From Eubacteriales bacterium (GTDB lineage Bacteria; Bacillota; Clostridia; Oscillospirales; CAG-272): 64,000 nucleotides of DNA. Both the position numbers and the translations under genes were made by a program. Positions 47,056 to 56,653 of the stretch are shown one piece after another (positions within the stretch are counted from its first letter, which is position 1; every line of letters begins with the position of its first letter). The DNA lies in NCBI GenBank assembly GCA_045132775.1, contig JBGUSX010000143.1, positions 2,565 to 66,564 on the forward strand, in the 5' to 3' direction. The notes under the pieces were generated by a model that was not told the DNA's origin, ran no database searches, and worked only from the letters and a program-made list of their open reading frames with translations.

Positions 47056-47712
47056 ATGATATACGTTGCTCCTTCACTGCTTGCCGCAGATTATACGACA
47101 CTCGCGACCGAGATAAAAAAGGTCGAGACAGCAGGCGCACAGTATCTTCATCTTGACATAATGGACGGCGCGTTCGTGCCCAATCTCTCGTTTGGCCCCG
47201 ATCTTATAGCATCCATAAGAAAATGTACGAATATGATATTCGATGTCCACCTTATGATAAAGCGCCCCGAGCGTTACATAGACAGATTTGTAAAGGCTGG
47301 AGCCGACATAATCACCGTGCATTACGAAGCTTGTGAGAATCCAATGTCGGTCATTCACCTCATCCATTCTTACGAAATGAAGGCAGGACTTGCAATTTCA
47401 CCTAAAACGCCCGTAGAGCATCTTTTCCCACTCGTCGAGCATATCGATATGGCACTCATTATGACAGTCGAGCCCGGCTTTGGCGGTCAGTCTATGATAC
47501 CCGAGACCGTAGATAAGGTCGCAACGCTCTATAAATACTGTTCAGAGCGCGGAATAGACCTTGATATCGAGGTCGACGGAGGGATCAATGCGGATAACGC
47601 ATCTATCCTCACCACTGCAGGTGCAAACGTCGTGGTGGCAGGCTCCGCAATTTTCAAGGCAAAGAAACCGAGAGCTGTAATTTCGGCAATAAAAAACAGC
47701 GCAAATAAATAA
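47056..47712 (+). CDS. rpe: Ribulose-phosphate 3-epimerase
   Basis: 218 aa with APSLLAAD, HLDIMDG, DVHLM and VDGG motifs. Confidence 0.95.
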   Translation: MIYVAPSLLAADYTTLATEIKKVETAGAQYLHLDIMDGAFVPNLSFGPDLIASIRKCTNMIFDVHLMIKRPERYIDRFVKAGADIITVHYEACENPMSVIHLIHSYEMKAGLAISPKTPVEHLFPLVEHIDMALIMTVEPGFGGQSMIPETVDKVATLYKYCSERGIDLDIEVDGGINADNASILTTAGANVVVAGSAIFKAKKPRAVISAIKNSANK

Positions 47713-47720
47713 AACAGTAC

Positions 47721-47749
47721 GGCGGTGCAAGAGCACCGCCGAATTTTTA
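47721..47749. terminator. Rho-independent terminator between convergent rpe and the lyase gene
   Basis: GGCGGTGC-AAGA-GCACCGCC followed by GAATTTTTA. Confidence 0.85.
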
Positions 47750-48619
47750 TATTTTCATTCCCTGCTCACGCAAAAATGAAATAACATCAGTTTCTTCTTT
47801 CTCACTTAACCTTCTCATTGGATGTATAGGATAGTAAACGTCATATCCAAGCTTTGACATAATGAATTTTGTTGTCATAATAACACTTCTGCCTTGAAAC
47901 ACCTCACAAATCCGCGAAACGAATGCTTGCTTTTCGCGAGCCTTAGCAATATCACCACTGGTGAAAGCATTGTATATCTCCTTTATTTCGGGCAAAAGGA
48001 AGTTGTACGTTGTACCAATTCCCGCATCGCATCCGGCGGAAAGCCCCTGAATAAGCATTTCATCGGGACCGTTAATGAAGTTTGCTCCGGGTATTCTAGA
48101 TTTAACACTCATCACCGTCGCATAGTTTGAATTGGTCCATTTTATAGAAGTAAGATTATGAATGGAAAAAAGTCTGTCAAGCAACCTGTTTGAAAAAGCG
48201 ACCGCAGCTGCGGGACTGTTGTAAATAACGATCGGGATGTCTATGCTTTTAGCAAGTCCCTCATAGTAAGAATAGATCTCGTCCTCGTCGTATTTGAAAA
48301 AGATAGGCGGAATCGCAGAAATTGCCGATGCTCCAAGGTTTTGTGCATACTGTGCGAGCTCAATCATCTCAGAGTATACCGTTCTTGCACAGTGAACTAT
48401 GCAAGGAACCCGTCCGCCTATGATCTCTATTGTTTGTCTTACCATTTCCTTGTGTTGCACGGTTGTCAGATTCAACCCCTCACCCGTAGCTCCGCACAGA
48501 TAAAAGCCATCCGCACCGGTGTTCAGAAGATCAGCTACCAGCTTTTCAAGCACAGAGGAGTTTATCTCCCCTTTTTCGTTTATTGGCGTAACAAGCGCCG
48601 GAATTATACCTTTAAACAT
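47747..48619 (-). CDS. DapA/NanA-family class I aldolase (possible N-acetylneuraminate-type lyase)
   Basis: 290 aa with IIPALVTP...GADGFYLCGATGEG and the typical TIM-barrel family pattern. The specific substrate is not inferable. Confidence 0.7.
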   Translation of the reverse strand: MFKGIIPALVTPINEKGEINSSVLEKLVADLLNTGADGFYLCGATGEGLNLTTVQHKEMVRQTIEIIGGRVPCIVHCARTVYSEMIELAQYAQNLGASAISAIPPIFFKYDEDEIYSYYEGLAKSIDIPIVIYNSPAAAVAFSNRLLDRLFSIHNLTSIKWTNSNYATVMSVKSRIPGANFINGPDEMLIQGLSAGCDAGIGTTYNFLLPEIKEIYNAFTSGDIAKAREKQAFVSRICEVFQGRSVIMTTKFIMSKLGYDVYYPIHPMRRLSEKEETDVISFLREQGMKI

Positions 48620-48628
48620 TCTATCCTC

Positions 48629-50182
48629 CTAAACGATCTCAAGCAACGTATATGCTCGTGACTTCGCAAATGTGACTCTCACCTTGTTACTATTAGCAGT
48701 AGCTTTGATGTCTGAATTGGAAATAATAGCTTTGACTGTTTCAATATTTTCACCAATATCAAACAAAAAAGTATCGTTTTCAGTCAGCTCTCTGAAGAGA
48801 AGAAGATAGGACTTCTCTTTTCCCTTTATTTTGAATCCGGTAAAGCTTCTGCCGTCAGGACGCATACCAATCGGAGAAACATCCGCATCAGCTATTTCCC
48901 CTCTGATTTTTCTCCATACCTTCATAATATGTTTAAGCTCCCCTCTGCGCTCCTCGGCTAAAAACTGAAGCTCCATCCAGAAAAGCGGATTTGAAAGCAT
49001 AACAGAGGCAAATAGATAATCCATACCGTAATGTGAAGGAGCAAAGACATCGTTTTCATCATAGCATTCTTTGAAGAGATCGGGATTAACAAGCTCAAAC
49101 TGGAAACGCGTCGAAGGAAGATACTTGGAAAATCCCCAAAGGCTCCGAAGCACTCTGTAAGGATAAGCATTCACGCTCTTTGTGTATCTGTTTTCAACGA
49201 AAATGCTGCCGTATTCTTTGCCGCAAAGATAGTTGATCCTCTTGTCACGTGTTACGTCAAGCTGAACCGCAACGTCGTCTCCAAAGGAATAAACGGCTTT
49301 TAAAAGCTTAAGAAACTGCTCCTGATTTTCCTTTGATTCGATCCAATACATATCAAGCTTGAAGAATCGGACTCCCCACTCATCGTAAGCCTTTTTGAGT
49401 ACGGAAATATCTCTGTCAATAAGAGCGTAATTATCTTCACTGTCGGGAGCAAACCAAATACCGAGCTTCAGTCCCGCATCCTTTGCCGCTCGTGTGATCT
49501 CGATCATACCGCCCGGAAACTTCTCCTTGCCGTATTCCCCAAAATCGCCTCTGAATCGGCGCATTCCCTTTTCGTTCTTAATAGCGGGATCGTATGTGTT
49601 TCCCGTCTGCCAACCGTCGTCTATCTGCACGATGTCAACTCCGATATCCTTTGCAGCCTCGATCTCTTTTAAAACAAAGTCGCGGCAGATACGTGAATAT
49701 CCGTTCCTGTCACCCCAGGTGTTCGACATTGTGCGCGGAAACTTGTTGATCATAGCAGCTTTGTAGTATGAACGGCATGTCTTTTCAATATCATCCGTCT
49801 TTGCAAAACCTATTGCGATCGCGTAGTTTTCATTTGAAAGCGAGATCATCCCCTTGTTTATATACAGCGTGCTGACAACGTAATCGGGAGTCTCGGATGC
49901 AATGAATAATGATTCTCCATTTAACAGATTGTCAAGGAAGAAAATATTTCCCACGATCGGTGCTTTGTGTCCGTTGGCAAAAACCAGGCTCTCTTTTTCA
50001 TCAATAAGAGTGTCGCTGTCGTCACTGAAAGCATGGAGAGATACTGTTCTTACGCGCCAGTGATTGCCGTCGATTCTCAAAAACGGATCTCCCGAGCCAG
50101 ATGGCAAATAGATAATGCTTCCCTTTTCTTCAATACACTTATTTACCTCAAGAAGCGTTGCTCCGCAGATTAAATTCTTCAT
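48629..50182 (-). CDS. Clan GH-D (GH36/GH27-like) glycoside hydrolase, cytoplasmic
   Basis: 517 aa with IVQIDDGWQ (DDGW motif) and FFKLDMYW (K-x-D nucleophile context). No signal peptide. Confidence 0.6.
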   Translation of the reverse strand: MKNLICGATLLEVNKCIEEKGSIIYLPSGSGDPFLRIDGNHWRVRTVSLHAFSDDSDTLIDEKESLVFANGHKAPIVGNIFFLDNLLNGESLFIASETPDYVVSTLYINKGMISLSNENYAIAIGFAKTDDIEKTCRSYYKAAMINKFPRTMSNTWGDRNGYSRICRDFVLKEIEAAKDIGVDIVQIDDGWQTGNTYDPAIKNEKGMRRFRGDFGEYGKEKFPGGMIEITRAAKDAGLKLGIWFAPDSEDNYALIDRDISVLKKAYDEWGVRFFKLDMYWIESKENQEQFLKLLKAVYSFGDDVAVQLDVTRDKRINYLCGKEYGSIFVENRYTKSVNAYPYRVLRSLWGFSKYLPSTRFQFELVNPDLFKECYDENDVFAPSHYGMDYLFASVMLSNPLFWMELQFLAEERRGELKHIMKVWRKIRGEIADADVSPIGMRPDGRSFTGFKIKGKEKSYLLLFRELTENDTFLFDIGENIETVKAIISNSDIKATANSNKVRVTFAKSRAYTLLEIV

Positions 50183-51273
50183 ATTTCATCAAGACTCCAT
50201 TTTGTATACAGTAGTGATCTGAACGGATCGTCATTTTTCGCGCTCTGATAATAGACGGTTATCAAAGAGCCGTCATCAAGCTCAACGGTCGAGGGATAGC
50301 CAAGATCACCGTGAGTGGCATCGTCGCGCAGAACCACCTCTTTATCAAAGGTTTCTCCACCGTCAAAGCTTATAAAAGCCCTCTGACCGAACGGTGCCTT
50401 TCTTCTGCCGTAAGAAAGGATAACGGCACCCGAGGAATGAAGCAGAAAATGAGGCGGCGCACCGCAGTTTCCAAGGGGCTTTACTTCACTCCAGCTTTTT
50501 CCTCCGTCGAGGGAATGGCATATATGTACCGTAATGCCGTCACCCTCCTGAACCCTTATTCCGCAAAGGATCTTCCCATTTTCGAGTTCAACGGTGTGAG
50601 GCTCCGTGAAGGCATAACCGGGATATCCCGCAGTGTCCTTAACGACCGACAGAAATTCCCATGAATGCCCACCGTCTCGGCTTTCATAAGCAAGAATGTC
50701 ACCTTTTTCACCTTCAATACCCGAATAGAACTCCTTACCAACGTAAAGAAGTTTGCCGTCACGGAGCTTGATAGGACCGTGTGGCGCAGAGATCGGAAGC
50801 TTTATCGCCTTTCCCCACGTGCGTCCTCCATCATTTGAAAGACGAACAAACGACCCGTAAATATTGCGTTCCTCAGGCATTTTTTTTAGATACTCGATCG
50901 TGCCCATATAAAGATCCCAATGAAGCTCTACGTACACACTGTCTGCCACGTGATTAGCGTGTGCTTCTGCATTGTCAATATAAAAGCTTTTCGGATGATT
51001 GAAATAAGTCATAAGAAGTTTGCCGTCTCCAAGCGAGAGGATACCCGCGTCTCTGTCATCGAGCGCGGTATCATTGATAACAGCGGGACAGGACCATGTC
51101 TCGCCGCCGTCATCGCTTGTAAAAAGATAATTCTTGCCAAACGGACAAATGTGGCTTATCCTATGCCCCGAGCAAGCCGCATACAGAATACCGTTTTCAT
51201 CACGGCAGACCGTAGGCCAACCTATATACTTGAATATTTCGTTTTCTCCCCTGTAAATTATTCCGTTTTTCAT
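50179..51273 (-). CDS. Asp-box (BNR) beta-propeller protein, sialidase-like, cytoplasmic
   Basis: 364 aa with five Asp-boxes: SDDGGETW, SNDGGRTW, SRDGGHSW, SLDGGKSW and SFDGGETF. No signal peptide and no obvious FRIP motif. It has a 4-nt overlap with the next gene. Confidence 0.75.
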   Translation of the reverse strand: MKNGIIYRGENEIFKYIGWPTVCRDENGILYAACSGHRISHICPFGKNYLFTSDDGGETWSCPAVINDTALDDRDAGILSLGDGKLLMTYFNHPKSFYIDNAEAHANHVADSVYVELHWDLYMGTIEYLKKMPEERNIYGSFVRLSNDGGRTWGKAIKLPISAPHGPIKLRDGKLLYVGKEFYSGIEGEKGDILAYESRDGGHSWEFLSVVKDTAGYPGYAFTEPHTVELENGKILCGIRVQEGDGITVHICHSLDGGKSWSEVKPLGNCGAPPHFLLHSSGAVILSYGRRKAPFGQRAFISFDGGETFDKEVVLRDDATHGDLGYPSTVELDDGSLITVYYQSAKNDDPFRSLLYTKWSLDEI

Positions 51274-51341
51274 GTGTTATCCGTTCCTTTCGAATTATGG
51301 ATGAATCATTGGGGTATGTTGCTCTCAATATTTCCGTATTC

Positions 51342-51370
51342 ATTTTAATACATTCTTTTTAAAAAATCAA
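51342..51370 (-). promoter_or_regulatory. Candidate promoter of the BNR-GH-lyase operon
   Basis: On the minus strand, TTGATT (51370-51365), a 17-nt spacer and TAAAAT (51347-51342). Confidence 0.5.
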
Positions 51371-51432
51371 TACAAAAACGAGACTAAAAACAGGACACGT
51401 GGCTCATTTTTGAATTTTTGTTCAAAACTCTA

Positions 51433-51461
51433 TTGATTTTAATCTGCCGGTATGATAGAAT
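51433..51461 (+). promoter_or_regulatory. Candidate promoter of the AraC-family gene
   Basis: TTGATT (51433-51438), a 17-nt spacer ending in TGA, and TAGAAT (51456-51461), giving the extended -10 form TGnTAGAAT. Confidence 0.55.
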
Positions 51462-51493
51462 GGATTTACACCTTGAATATGGAGGATAGATCC

Positions 51494-52363
51494 ATGGCTC
51501 TGTCAAAAAAGCCGTATTTTGTTGAAACGGTAGTAAATGTTGAAAACATAAAGCTCCGCGTATGTGTTGATGAGAACATAAACGCAGTCGGAGAGGAATG
51601 TATTGCCCTACCGCATAATCATTCACTGTATGAGATAAGATATTACGCTTTGGGAAGCGGTGAGATAGTTATTGGTGAAAGATGTGTACCAATAGCACCT
51701 GGTGAGCTGTATTTGATCCACCCCAACGAATATCACCACCAGGATAAAGTTGATCTTGAGAGCGGAATATCCCAATTCAGTCTTCGTTTTATCCCGGTTT
51801 TGCCATCGGATAATTCTCCGGCAGTCCAGAAGCGCGCGTACAAAAGACTTTGCGACGTTCTTGCATCTATGCATCACATTGGTGACCCGAGTCTTGAGCT
51901 GCTTCCCTATTTTGAAAAGCTTGCCATAGAAATAAGAGAACGAAGATACGGACACGTTGGATGCACGACAGCATTGCTTACCTTTATAATGACAGAGATC
52001 CTGCGCCGATCGTGTCTTGACGACAGAAAACACGGAATGGCGCATACAGGTGATTTTGTGCTTGAGACAGATGCATTCTTTTCGTCAGAATATATGAATA
52101 AGATATCGCTCGAGGATTATGCCAAGCAGCTCAATATCTCAACACGGCAGGCGTCCAGAGTTATACGTAAAAACTTTGGAATGAGCTTTGTCGAAAAGCT
52201 CACGGAAACACGCATAGAACAAGCAAAGGTCGCACTGACGCAAACAAAAAAGCCTCTTGCAGAAATAGCCTCATCCTGCGGATTTCAAAGCTACGGATAT
52301 TTTATTACCACGTTCAGATCAAAAACAGGAATAACCCCCGCACAGTACAGAAAAACAAAATAA
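51494..52363 (+). CDS. AraC-family transcriptional regulator (cupin + HTH)
   Basis: The start is at MALSKK, 8 nt after GGAGG. The C-terminus has a double HTH (..LEDYAKQLNISTRQASRVIRKNFG.. and ..IASSCGFQSYGYFITTFRSKTGITPAQYRK). Confidence 0.85.
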   Translation: MALSKKPYFVETVVNVENIKLRVCVDENINAVGEECIALPHNHSLYEIRYYALGSGEIVIGERCVPIAPGELYLIHPNEYHHQDKVDLESGISQFSLRFIPVLPSDNSPAVQKRAYKRLCDVLASMHHIGDPSLELLPYFEKLAIEIRERRYGHVGCTTALLTFIMTEILRRSCLDDRKHGMAHTGDFVLETDAFFSSEYMNKISLEDYAKQLNISTRQASRVIRKNFGMSFVEKLTETRIEQAKVALTQTKKPLAEIASSCGFQSYGYFITTFRSKTGITPAQYRKTK

Positions 52364-52366
52364 AAA

Positions 52367-52401
52367 ACCGTCCGCCAAAGCCTGAAGCCTCAGCGGACGG
52401 T
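52367..52401. terminator. Hairpin between convergent AraC and ansA genes
   Basis: ACCGTCCGC-(17 nt)-GCGGACGGT, flanked by A/T-rich sequence. Confidence 0.5.
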
Positions 52402-52406
52402 ACTTA

Positions 52407-53393
52407 TTATATTATGTCATTTCCAACGGGTGTATAGAACAGCTTTGCAAACTCAGCCGCACTCTTGCATTGCGGAAGCGCCCACATGACCTTTGCAACA
52501 ACCGTCTCGGTGGTCATGTCGTAAGCCTCGGGAAGCTCGTATTTCTGCTTTATTCGCAGACCGACCTGGTAAACACCCATATCACTTCCCTCGTGCGGTA
52601 CCTGTGTTGTGATTACAATGCGAACGCCCTTTTTGATAAGTGTTTCTATCTTCTCAACGAACTCATCATTATCGTAATAAGGCAGACCTCCAACACCAAA
52701 GCTCTCTATGATAACCGCGTGATATCTGTCTGCAATAAAGTCGAAAATATCGGCACTCATTCCGGGAATAAGCTTAACAACGATGACCGAGGAATCGATC
52801 TCGTCGAAGAATATAGGCTCGCCCTCAATTTTCTCGCGAATAAAGTATTTTACCGAACCGCGAATAAAACCGATCTCGGGATAGTCAATGCTTGAAAAAG
52901 CATTAAAGCTCTTTGTTCTCGTCTTTCTTGCACGTGTTGCGGCAATGATCTTGTCACCGAAAACGATATGAACACCGCAAGCTGAGTCGTCAGCTGCATA
53001 CATAAACGCATCGGAAAGATTTTCGCGCGCATCGGTGTCACGCTTCTCTATCGGTATCTGCGCACCGGTCAGAACGATAGGCTTTCTGCTGTTCTGTATA
53101 AGGTAATGAAGCATAGCCGCGGCATAAGCCATCGTGTCCGTACCGTGAGTGATGACGAAACCGTCGTACTCGTCATAGACCTTGCGAATATATCTTGCAA
53201 TCTCAAGCCAAAACTCAGGCCTCATATTCGTACTGTCAAGGCTGTAAAGCTGTACAGTTGAAATACGGCAGATATTGACTATCTCGGGGACGTGAGAGAT
53301 AAGCTCCTCGCTCGTCAGTGCAGGCGCAAGACCGTTTTCGCCTTCAGCACTGGCAATAGTGCCTCCCGTAGTAATTAAAAGAATGTGTTTCAT
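52407..53393 (-). CDS. ansA: Type I L-asparaginase
   Basis: 328 aa with the N-terminal catalytic motif LLITTGGTIAS and HGTDTM. Confidence 0.9.
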   Translation of the reverse strand: MKHILLITTGGTIASAEGENGLAPALTSEELISHVPEIVNICRISTVQLYSLDSTNMRPEFWLEIARYIRKVYDEYDGFVITHGTDTMAYAAAMLHYLIQNSRKPIVLTGAQIPIEKRDTDARENLSDAFMYAADDSACGVHIVFGDKIIAATRARKTRTKSFNAFSSIDYPEIGFIRGSVKYFIREKIEGEPIFFDEIDSSVIVVKLIPGMSADIFDFIADRYHAVIIESFGVGGLPYYDNDEFVEKIETLIKKGVRIVITTQVPHEGSDMGVYQVGLRIKQKYELPEAYDMTTETVVAKVMWALPQCKSAAEFAKLFYTPVGNDII

Positions 53394-53405
53394 ATAGCTC
53401 CTGTT

Positions 53406-53903
53406 CTAAAAATCGATTCTGAGCTTTTTCTCCGGTGGGAAAAACTCCCCAAGCTCAATTCCAACTATTCGGGCTTTTATCGGAAATTCAAGCCTCGGCG
53501 CGATTGCTTCTGCTTGTCCCACCTCGTTCTCATTTCCGCAGAAAAGCGTTGCGTGAGGCACCCATTCATATCCGTTTGCATAATCACGTTCAAAGCTCTT
53601 TCGTAAAACGATAAGCTCGTCTGTGATCTCTGGTTCTATAAAAAAGACCTTATGCCCAAAATTATTGTATCCCGTAAGATAGATGTCAAACGGTTTTGAG
53701 GCTGTTGTAACTCGTTTTATTGCTTCTGTCACTTGCTCCAGATCATCAACGGGAAAGCTCCCGAGAGTCAGATGAAACGGAATACCCATAGTCTGCGTGC
53801 CTAAGGATATGTTATCGATAAGATAATTCTGCACCGACGAAAGCAAAAGCTGTGTTTCGGTATCAAAGACCGCCATAACGGTCAAAAATTTCTTTTCGCT
53901 CAT
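53406..53903 (-). CDS. 2H-phosphoesterase (LigT-like 2'-5' RNA ligase family)
   Basis: 165 aa with two HxT/S motifs: FHLTLG and PHATLF. Confidence 0.65.
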   Translation of the reverse strand: MSEKKFLTVMAVFDTETQLLLSSVQNYLIDNISLGTQTMGIPFHLTLGSFPVDDLEQVTEAIKRVTTASKPFDIYLTGYNNFGHKVFFIEPEITDELIVLRKSFERDYANGYEWVPHATLFCGNENEVGQAEAIAPRLEFPIKARIVGIELGEFFPPEKKLRIDF

Positions 53904-54616
53904 ATACCGAAACCGCCGTCAACTCCAATAACCTGCGCGGTGATAAAGGAAGCCTTTTCACTTGCAAGGAAATAAACAAGCTCCGCAACCTCGGCAGGAT
54001 CGCCTATTCTGTAAAGCGGTGTCTGTTCGCAAAGCTCGGCAATGTCGTCATCGTCGTAGCAAGCGTTCATATCGGTGTCAATAACACCCGGCTCAACGCA
54101 GTTGACTCGTACACCCGAAGGTCCGAGCTCCTTTGCCATAGATAACGTCAGCCCTCGCATACCCGCCTTTGATGCAGAATACCCTACCTCACAGGAGGCA
54201 CCGCATCTGCCCCAGACCGAGCCAATATTAACGATAGCACCCGACTGCTGTCTGACAAAATCGTGAGAAGCGGCGCGTGACATATAAAAAGCGCTTGAGA
54301 GGTTGGTGTTGATCACCCTCATCCATTCGTCATCGCTCATATCAGTGACAAGTCCCGACGAGCTTACCCCCGCATTATTTACCAAAATATCAATGCCGCC
54401 GAGATATTCGACAGCCTTGTTGTATGCCCATTCAGACTCCTCGGGGTCTGAAAGATCAGCCTTTATGGCATAAGCCCCCGTCGCGTCGGCGCATTCCTGC
54501 GCGGCATCATCGTTTGAGCAATAGATGAATGCAACCGCACAATCATTTTCTGTGAAAAGCTCAACGCAAGCGCGACCTATACCGCGCGAGCCACCGGTAA
54601 TAATAACCTTCTTCAT
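53900..54616 (-). CDS. SDR-family oxidoreductase (FabG-like)
   Basis: ITGGSRGIGRA, NNAG and YSASKAG motifs. It has a 4-nt overlap with the downstream gene. Confidence 0.85.
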   Translation of the reverse strand: MKKVIITGGSRGIGRACVELFTENDCAVAFIYCSNDDAAQECADATGAYAIKADLSDPEESEWAYNKAVEYLGGIDILVNNAGVSSSGLVTDMSDDEWMRVINTNLSSAFYMSRAASHDFVRQQSGAIVNIGSVWGRCGASCEVGYSASKAGMRGLTLSMAKELGPSGVRVNCVEPGVIDTDMNACYDDDDIAELCEQTPLYRIGDPAEVAELVYFLASEKASFITAQVIGVDGGFGI

Positions 54617-54663
54617 TTGTCGTCCTCTTTTACGTTTACATAAATTTGGTGCTCTATGTGCTA

Positions 54664-54692
54664 ATTATAACATTATCGAATACATTTTTCAA
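54664..54692 (-). promoter_or_regulatory. Sigma-A-type promoter of the SDR-LigT-ansA operon
   Basis: On the minus strand, TTGAAA (54692-54687), a 17-nt spacer ending in TGT, and TATAAT (54669-54664). Confidence 0.65.
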
Positions 54693-54721
54693 TAATATTT
54701 TCAATTTTTTCCTCAAAAGCC

Positions 54722-54750
54722 TTGAAAAAGAATAAAAAATAATGTATAAT
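54722..54750 (+). promoter_or_regulatory. Sigma-A-type promoter of rhaA
   Basis: TTGAAA (54722-54727), a 17-nt spacer and TATAAT (54745-54750). Confidence 0.65.
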
Positions 54751-54788
54751 TACTGTGTTTGAAATAAAAAAATTTTTTGGAGGACAAA

Positions 54789-56039
54789 ATGGCAAACGCA
54801 AGATACGAATCCGCAAAGGAAATATACGCAAGATACGGCATCGACACAGAAGCTGCTATAAAGGCTCTTTCTGACATCCGCATCTCTATGCACTGCTGGC
54901 AAGCAGATGACGTTCTCGGATTTGAGGGCACAGGAGCACTCTCCGGTGGTATTCAGACCACTGGTAACTACCCCGGACGCGCAAGAACTCCCGACGAGCT
55001 CTTCGCAGATCTCGACAAGGCACTTTCGCTCATCCCCGGAACGCATAAGATAAACGTTCATGCAAACTACGCAATTGCAGAGGACGGCGAGGTTATCGAC
55101 AGAGACATCATCGAGCCCCGTCACTTCAAGAGATGGGTAGAGTTTGCAAAGAAGCATAACTGCGGACTTGATTTCAACCCCACCTTCTTCTCTCACCCCA
55201 AGGCAGACGGACTTACACTCTCAAGCCCCAACGATGAGATCAGAAGCTTCTGGATCAAGCACGGTATCGCTTGCGTTAAGATCTCTGAATACTTCGCAAA
55301 CGAGACAGGCTATCCCTGCGTTATGAATATCTGGACAGGCGACGGTATGAAGGATATCCCCGGAGACAGACTCGGTCCGCGTCAGAGATACGCTGACTCT
55401 ATAGATAAGATCCTCGCTTGCGGATACGACAAGAGTAAGGTATACGTAACCGTTGAGTCCAAGGTCTTCGGTATCGGTGTTGAGGCTTATACCGTTGGTA
55501 GCGCGGAGTTCTCTCTCGCTTACGCTATGACAAGAGGAATCACACCTCTTATGGATAACGGTCACTATCATCCCACCGAGGTAGTTTCCGATAAGATCCC
55601 CGCGCTCCTCGTATTCTCCGACAAGATCGCGCTCCACATCACCCGTCCTATCCGTTGGGACTCCGACCACGTCGTAGCTTACGACGATGAGACCAGAGAG
55701 ATGATGAAGGAGGTAGTTCGTTGCAATGCTCTTGACAGAGTGTTCCTCGCAACAGACTATTTTGACGCTTCCATCAACCGCGTAGCCGCACTCGTTATCG
55801 GTATGAGAAACGTTCAGAAGGCTCTTCTCAATGCCCTTCTTACTCCCAACGAGGAGATCAAGAAGTATCAGGATGAGGGCAACTATACCATGATGCTCGC
55901 AATGCAGGAGGAGATCAAAACACTTCCTATGGGCGACGTTTGGATGGAATTCTGCGAGAGAAACGGCGTTGCAGGCTGCTCTTGCTGGCTCAAGGAGATC
56001 GAAAAGTACGAAAAGGAAGTTCTCGCAAAGAGAGTCTGA
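54789..56039 (+). CDS. rhaA: L-rhamnose isomerase
   Basis: The start is at MANARYESAKE after GGAGGA. ISMHCWQADDV near the N-terminus and a length of ~416 aa are typical of RhaA. Confidence 0.9.
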   Translation: MANARYESAKEIYARYGIDTEAAIKALSDIRISMHCWQADDVLGFEGTGALSGGIQTTGNYPGRARTPDELFADLDKALSLIPGTHKINVHANYAIAEDGEVIDRDIIEPRHFKRWVEFAKKHNCGLDFNPTFFSHPKADGLTLSSPNDEIRSFWIKHGIACVKISEYFANETGYPCVMNIWTGDGMKDIPGDRLGPRQRYADSIDKILACGYDKSKVYVTVESKVFGIGVEAYTVGSAEFSLAYAMTRGITPLMDNGHYHPTEVVSDKIPALLVFSDKIALHITRPIRWDSDHVVAYDDETREMMKEVVRCNALDRVFLATDYFDASINRVAALVIGMRNVQKALLNALLTPNEEIKKYQDEGNYTMMLAMQEEIKTLPMGDVWMEFCERNGVAGCSCWLKEIEKYEKEVLAKRV

Positions 56040-56071
56040 TCGTTTGATACATATCAGTCACATATTAAATC

Positions 56072-56100
56072 AAGGGAACGCTTCGGCGTTCCCTTTTTTC
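56072..56100 (+). terminator. Rho-independent terminator of rhaA
   Basis: AAGGGAACGC-TTCG-GCGTTCCCTT followed by TTTTTC. Confidence 0.9.
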
Positions 56101-56206
56101 TTTTAAAGAAAAACTTTATAACATTTCAGCAACAATTCTTCAACAAAACAAAAAAGTCGGTGTTGTAAAATACACTCACAATGGAAAAATATGAAAGCAG
56201 GAAAAT

Positions 56207-56581
56207 ATGGAAAACAACACTTTTAGCTATCAGTATTCAGCAGTCAGAAATAAGGAAGTCGAAAATATCAGAAAAAAGTATATCGTAAACGAGGAAAACA
56301 AGCTTGACAAGTTAAAAAAGCTCGATGCACGTGTTCAAATAGCAGGTGTGATAGAAAGCCTTTCTATCGGTATTATCGGTGCGCTCGTATTCGGCATCGG
56401 ACTTTGCTTTGGACTCGACGTGCTCACAGGAGCAGACTGGCTTACACTTCTCTTTGCTATCTTCGGGATTTGCTTGATGCTCCCCGCATACCCCATATAT
56501 AAGCATATATCGCGAAGGACACGCAATAGACTCGCCCCCGAGATCCTTCGCCTATCCGACGAGATAATGAAATCCTGTTAA
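56207..56581 (+). CDS. Small 2-TM membrane protein, uncharacterised family (copy A)
   Basis: 124 aa. It has the N-terminus MENNTFSYQYSAVRNKEVENIRKKY, LDKLKKLD, two hydrophobic helices, YPIYK and a basic/helical tail. Confidence 0.65.
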   Translation: MENNTFSYQYSAVRNKEVENIRKKYIVNEENKLDKLKKLDARVQIAGVIESLSIGIIGALVFGIGLCFGLDVLTGADWLTLLFAIFGICLMLPAYPIYKHISRRTRNRLAPEILRLSDEIMKSC

Positions 56582-56653
56582 AGCCGAGATAACAATTTAA
56601 TAAGACCACAACAATCAAACAAAAATACAACAATAATAGTGAGGTAAGAAATT

